Of a stretch of DNA of 64,000 nucleotides, positions 59,892-64,000 are shown one piece after another. A model generated the notes under the pieces. The model searched no databases, had not been told where the DNA came from, and was given only the letters and a program-made list of their open reading frames with translations. A program made the translations under genes and the position numbers. Numbering within the stretch: position 1 is the stretch's first letter; every line of letters starts with the position of its first letter. The DNA comes from Ignisphaera sp. (GTDB lineage Archaea > Thermoproteota > Thermoprotei_A > Sulfolobales > Ignisphaeraceae): assembly GCA_038889075.1 (NCBI GenBank), contig JAWAHS010000001.1, positions 128,001 through 192,000 of the forward strand, written 5' to 3'.

Positions 59892-62306
59892 ATGGTCACA
59901 ATAGAAATGTTTATAGCTGTAGTACTCCATACCACTAACAAGGCTATACTATACTTTAGCGGTTTTATGGGGGTAGTATTGGGTTGTAGGGATGTTAGGG
60001 CTGTAAAGATAAGGATAGTAGGTACCGTACAAGGGGTTGGTTTTAGACCCTTTATCTATAGGCTTGCTACCTCTCTTAATTTAAAAGGGTATGTTGTTAA
60101 TCTTGGTGGTAGCGAAGTTGAGATACATGTTGAGGGGGAAGAAAATCAGATTGAGATCTTTATATCAAGGCTCACTACTGAAAAGCCTCCACCTGCTAAG
60201 ATAGTAAGCATTGAAATTAGAGAGGTTGAGCCTCAGTATTTTGCATCCTTTAAAATTCTAAGGAGTAGTAAGAGTCTATCTGCAAGAAGCTCTATACCAC
60301 CAGACGTCGCTATATGTCGGGACTGTATCAATGAGATCTATACAGAGGGTTCGCGATTCTATAGATATCCATGGAATAGTTGTGCATGGTGTGGTCCTAG
60401 GTTTTCTATGATGTATGATATACCATATGATAGAGAAAATACAGCCATGTTTAAGTTTAAACTATGTGAAGAGTGTTCAAAAGAGTATAGCGATCCGAGC
60501 AATATTAGAAGATTTCATGCACAAGGTATAAGCTGTTCTAGATGTGGTCCAAAAACATTTGTATATCGAAGTAGTGGTGAGAGGATCTATGTTGAAGATC
60601 CTGTAAGTTTCATAGCGCAGAAGATTCTTGAGGGCTGTATAGTTGCCATTAAGGGTATAGGTGGCTATCACATAGCGTGTCTGGCTACGAGAGATGATGT
60701 TGTCCTAGAGTTGAGATCTAGGAAGAGGAGACCTTCACAACCATTTGCTCTAATGGCTAAGGATTTCGACATAGTGAATAGAATCGCTATACCTCCTCCA
60801 GGTGCAAGAGAATTGCTAGAGTCTCCACAAAGACCTATAGTAGTTATGCCTAAGCGTCCTGGATCTCCACTGTCAGAATATGTGGCACCTGCACTTTCTA
60901 CAATTGGTGTTATGCTTCCATATACGGGTTTTCAGGTTATGCTACTTAATACTACTCCAGACGGTTTTCTTATAATGACTAGTGGGAATGTTCATGGAAA
61001 GCCTATGTGTACGGATCTCGAATGTATTTTTAGCGAACTTGTAGATGTTGTGGATTATGTTGTTGAACATGAGAGGCAGATCGTTCATAGAGTTGATGAT
61101 AGTGTTATAAGGTTTACAGATGGTGTACCGGTGTTTCTTAGGAGGGCACGTGGATATGCTCCAGAATGGATAGAAACACAAGTGGAGCTTTTAGAAGGCG
61201 TAGCTGTTGGTGCAGAGCTTCAAACAGCTGGTGCTGTAGGTTTTGAAAATAAGGTCGTTCTGACACAGTTTATAGGTGATATCGATGAACCTGCACAGCT
61301 GGAGGATCTTGAGAAAGAGCTTAGGTGGTTTATAAAGGTGTACAGACTTAATCCCATGTTTATAGCACTGGATAAGCATCCCCTTTATCATAACAGATCA
61401 GCTGCGAAGAAGTTGGCTAGAGAATTTGGTGCAGAACTTATCGAGGTTCAGCACCATCATGCACATATAGCATCCGTTATGGGTGAAGTAGGGGTTTCGA
61501 AGGATGAAGAAGTTGTTGGTATAGCAATTGATGGAACAGGTTATGGAGACGATGGAGGTATATGGGGTGGTGAGGTGATAACCGCTAGCTATAGGGATTA
61601 TATGAGAACTGGCAGTCTAGAGCCCTTTATACTTCCGGGTGGAGATTCCTCTGCTATATATCCAGTTAAGTCTCTTATCAGCATAATGGCTTCAGCTGGT
61701 TACAGTGAAGATGAGGTTCTAGATACTCTTGATAAAATGGATTTGTTTAAAGGCCTTCCACATGGTCGTAAGGAGGGTGAGGTAATATATTACCTATCTA
61801 AGAGTGGAAAGGGTATGGTTACAACGAGTATCGGTAGAGTACTAGATGCTTTTTCAGCTCTATTAAATATATGTACGTTCAGAAGCTATGAGGGTGAACC
61901 ACCAATAAAGCTTGAGGCTGTAGCTGATATAGGTAAGGATCTAGGCTATACACCAAGGTTAAGAAGCTTTGGTGATAGAATAATTGTAAGCGTTTCAGAT
62001 ATGCTTAGATGGGTTCTCGACAATATTGGTAAAGAGAGAAAGGAGGATATAGCTACCACAATACAGAGAGGTTTTGGCAGAGCATTAGGTGAAGCGGCAC
62101 TGGTATCGTTAAAGGGAAGGAGAAATGCAAAGCAATACATTGTTATTGGAGGTGGTGCAGCTGCAAATACTCATATAGTTAGAGGTGTGAAGGAGGTGTT
62201 AAAGGAATATGGTGTAGATGTTATCTTGCCCAGAAGATTGCCTCCTAGTGACGGTGGAATAGCATTTGGCCAGATAATCATAGCATCCAGTAAAGCCGGG
62301 AAGTGA
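59892..62306 (+). CDS. hypF: [NiFe]-hydrogenase maturation carbamoyltransferase
   Basis: GTVQGVGFRP, Zn fingers, KGIGGYH, QHHHAH, DGTGYG, DGGIAFGQ; true start probably near 59967. Confidence 0.96.
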   Translation: MVTIEMFIAVVLHTTNKAILYFSGFMGVVLGCRDVRAVKIRIVGTVQGVGFRPFIYRLATSLNLKGYVVNLGGSEVEIHVEGEENQIEIFISRLTTEKPPPAKIVSIEIREVEPQYFASFKILRSSKSLSARSSIPPDVAICRDCINEIYTEGSRFYRYPWNSCAWCGPRFSMMYDIPYDRENTAMFKFKLCEECSKEYSDPSNIRRFHAQGISCSRCGPKTFVYRSSGERIYVEDPVSFIAQKILEGCIVAIKGIGGYHIACLATRDDVVLELRSRKRRPSQPFALMAKDFDIVNRIAIPPPGARELLESPQRPIVVMPKRPGSPLSEYVAPALSTIGVMLPYTGFQVMLLNTTPDGFLIMTSGNVHGKPMCTDLECIFSELVDVVDYVVEHERQIVHRVDDSVIRFTDGVPVFLRRARGYAPEWIETQVELLEGVAVGAELQTAGAVGFENKVVLTQFIGDIDEPAQLEDLEKELRWFIKVYRLNPMFIALDKHPLYHNRSAAKKLAREFGAELIEVQHHHAHIASVMGEVGVSKDEEVVGIAIDGTGYGDDGGIWGGEVITASYRDYMRTGSLEPFILPGGDSSAIYPVKSLISIMASAGYSEDEVLDTLDKMDLFKGLPHGRKEGEVIYYLSKSGKGMVTTSIGRVLDAFSALLNICTFRSYEGEPPIKLEAVADIGKDLGYTPRLRSFGDRIIVSVSDMLRWVLDNIGKERKEDIATTIQRGFGRALGEAALVSLKGRRNAKQYIVIGGGAAANTHIVRGVKEVLKEYGVDVILPRRLPPSDGGIAFGQIIIASSKAGK

Positions 62307-62561
62307 TTATAGAGGATAGTATTCTATACCACGGGGACGAATCTCCATGAAAATTGGGAATAGGAGGTTTGAATGCAATGGCCGAAAGCATGCACTATTA
62401 GTTAGCACTCGAGTTTTAAATCCATTGAATGCAACCCTTAGATAGTTCTGTCAGCTCTAGAACTACGAATGACATTTATCTAGCGCTATGGATACGAGAA
62501 ATTCTATGCAGGTAGTTTAGTTAATAAAGCTACAGAGAAGATAGGGTTAGTGTGAAATCAA

Positions 62562-62870
62562 ATGTGTCTAGGGGTACCCGCAGTAGTTGTAGATATCGAT
62601 GAGAATAGCAATATCGTAAAGATAGACTATGGTGATGGTATTGTGAGAGAGGCTTTACTTGGCATTTCTGAGGAAAGAGTGGCAAGGGGGGATATTGTAA
62701 TGGTGCATGCAGGCATAGTCATATCAAGGCTTAGTGTGGAAGGCTTGTACGAGCAGATCGAATTTGTGAGGAACCTTCTTAGCGATACTGAAGGTGGTGA
62801 TTCATCGGAAGGATTAATAAGACTTTATGAGAATATAGCACAGCTTGCTAAAAAGCTGAAATCCAAGTAG
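62562..62870 (+). CDS. hypC: Hydrogenase maturation chaperone
   Basis: MCLGVP, GDIVMVHAG; extended C-terminal helix. Confidence 0.93.
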   Translation: MCLGVPAVVVDIDENSNIVKIDYGDGIVREALLGISEERVARGDIVMVHAGIVISRLSVEGLYEQIEFVRNLLSDTEGGDSSEGLIRLYENIAQLAKKLKSK

Positions 62871-62881
62871 CAATACTATGG

Positions 62882-63940
62882 GTGATGATAGTGGATGACG
62901 TCATTAGATTACTACACGGTTCTGGAGGTATTGAGATGAGAGAAATTTTGGAAAGAGTTATATTCTCAAGGGTTGATCCGTCGCTGAAGAGAATTGGCGG
63001 AGGTATAGGAATTGATTGGCCAGACGATGGTGCTCTAATACCTCTACCAGATGGAAAGTACCTTGTTGTTACAATGGATAGCTACACCGTTAATCCACTA
63101 TTCTTCCCTGGGGGCAATATAGGTTCACTAGCCGCCTCAGGTACTATAAATGATGTTGTTATGATGGGTGGCAAACCCATTGCACTGCTCGATTCAATAG
63201 TTGTTGAAGAGGGTTTTCCTATTAAGGATCTTCAAATAATAGTGGACTCTTTCATAGATGTTATTAGAAATGAGGGAGTGGCATTGATAGGAGGAGACTT
63301 TAAAGTTATGCCGAGAGGCCAGGTGGATAAGATTGTAATAACTACTGTGGGTATAGGTATAGCAGGCAGACCTATAGTGGATAGACCTAGGGCAGGGGAT
63401 AAGATCATAGTTAGTGATTATGTTGGCGATCATGGAGCGGTGATCATGATGCTTCAATTAGGTCTCGAAAAGCGCATTGATGAATTAGCTGAGGGTATTT
63501 TAAAAAGCGATGTGAAACCGTTAACAAAGCTTATGATCCCAGTAATTGAAAGATACGGCGACTACATCCATGCTGCAAGAGACCCTACACGTGGGGGTCT
63601 TTCTGGGGTCTTAAATGAATGGGCATCCTCCTTAGATATTGTGATAGTTGTTGACGAAGGGAATATACCTATTAGAGAACCAGTAGCTAGATACTGTGAA
63701 ATGTTAGGCATAGACCCCCTCTATCTAGCAAGTGAAGGTATAGCAGTTCTCTCCGTTGATCCACTAATGGCCGAAGACATAGTCAACTACATGAAGAGTC
63801 TTGGGTATACAAATGCCAGAATTATAGGCGAAGTTAAAGCCAGTGAAAAGTACAAAAACTATGTAATTTTGAAGACTGCCGTAGGAGGTTTTAGAATTCT
63901 TGAACCACCACATGGCGAGCTCGTACCTAGAATATGCTAG
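62882..63940 (+). CDS. hypE: Hydrogenase maturation dehydratase
   Basis: HGSGG, DSYTVNPLFFPGG, RDPTRGG, C-terminal PRIC. Confidence 0.96.
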   Translation: MMIVDDVIRLLHGSGGIEMREILERVIFSRVDPSLKRIGGGIGIDWPDDGALIPLPDGKYLVVTMDSYTVNPLFFPGGNIGSLAASGTINDVVMMGGKPIALLDSIVVEEGFPIKDLQIIVDSFIDVIRNEGVALIGGDFKVMPRGQVDKIVITTVGIGIAGRPIVDRPRAGDKIIVSDYVGDHGAVIMMLQLGLEKRIDELAEGILKSDVKPLTKLMIPVIERYGDYIHAARDPTRGGLSGVLNEWASSLDIVIVVDEGNIPIREPVARYCEMLGIDPLYLASEGIAVLSVDPLMAEDIVNYMKSLGYTNARIIGEVKASEKYKNYVILKTAVGGFRILEPPHGELVPRIC

Positions 63941-64000
63941 GGGTCACCATACCAGGGTTGGTATATTCAAGCAAACTCCCTATAACCATGCATAATAGTA

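Noticed and set aside
62333-62394. Two small hairpins between hypF and hypC
   Set aside because: Short stems, no recognisable RNA family, not a tRNA
63967-64000. Possible 3' end of a minus-strand gene at the window edge
   Set aside because: Only about 10 codons visible; cannot be supported

Overview
AT-rich, gene-dense archaeal chromosome segment. Evidence: GGTG-type RBSs, TTTAAA/TATATA boxes, frequent TTG/GTG starts and an A1AO ATP synthase. Gene content suggests a hyperthermophilic crenarchaeon of the Desulfurococcales, Ignisphaera-like (inference, not verified). The 1-24 kb region holds housekeeping and transport genes: Fe/B12-type ABC transporter, Lon-like S16 protease, radical SAM proteins, a 4xCBS-HPF ribosome-hibernation candidate, MscS, TrkAH, thiolase-DUF35, CPA2 antiporter, Maf, glycerol dehydrogenase and a Ni/Co ECF transporter. 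The 24.7-33.4 kb region is a complete A/V-type ATP synthase operon with a duplicated single-site Na+-type c subunit. The 33.5-59.8 kb region is a large methanogen-type C1 island: ftr, mtd, fwdDB fusion, fwdA, fwdC, mch, methanofuran genes mfnBDEF, F420 genes cofCDE, an FrhB-like protein plus ferredoxin, ADP-forming acetyl-CoA synthetase, a RibU-like ECF transporter, CooT, an atypical aquaporin and DUF2193. It has no mer, mtr, mcr, cdh or cofGH within the window. The window ends with hypF, hypC and hypE. Non-coding signals include an IS200/IS605 end remnant, a perfect 27-bp palindrome over the cbiM RBS and a candidate C/D-box guide RNA. No rRNA, tRNA or CRISPR array was seen. All calls come from motif recognition by eye; no database searches were run.
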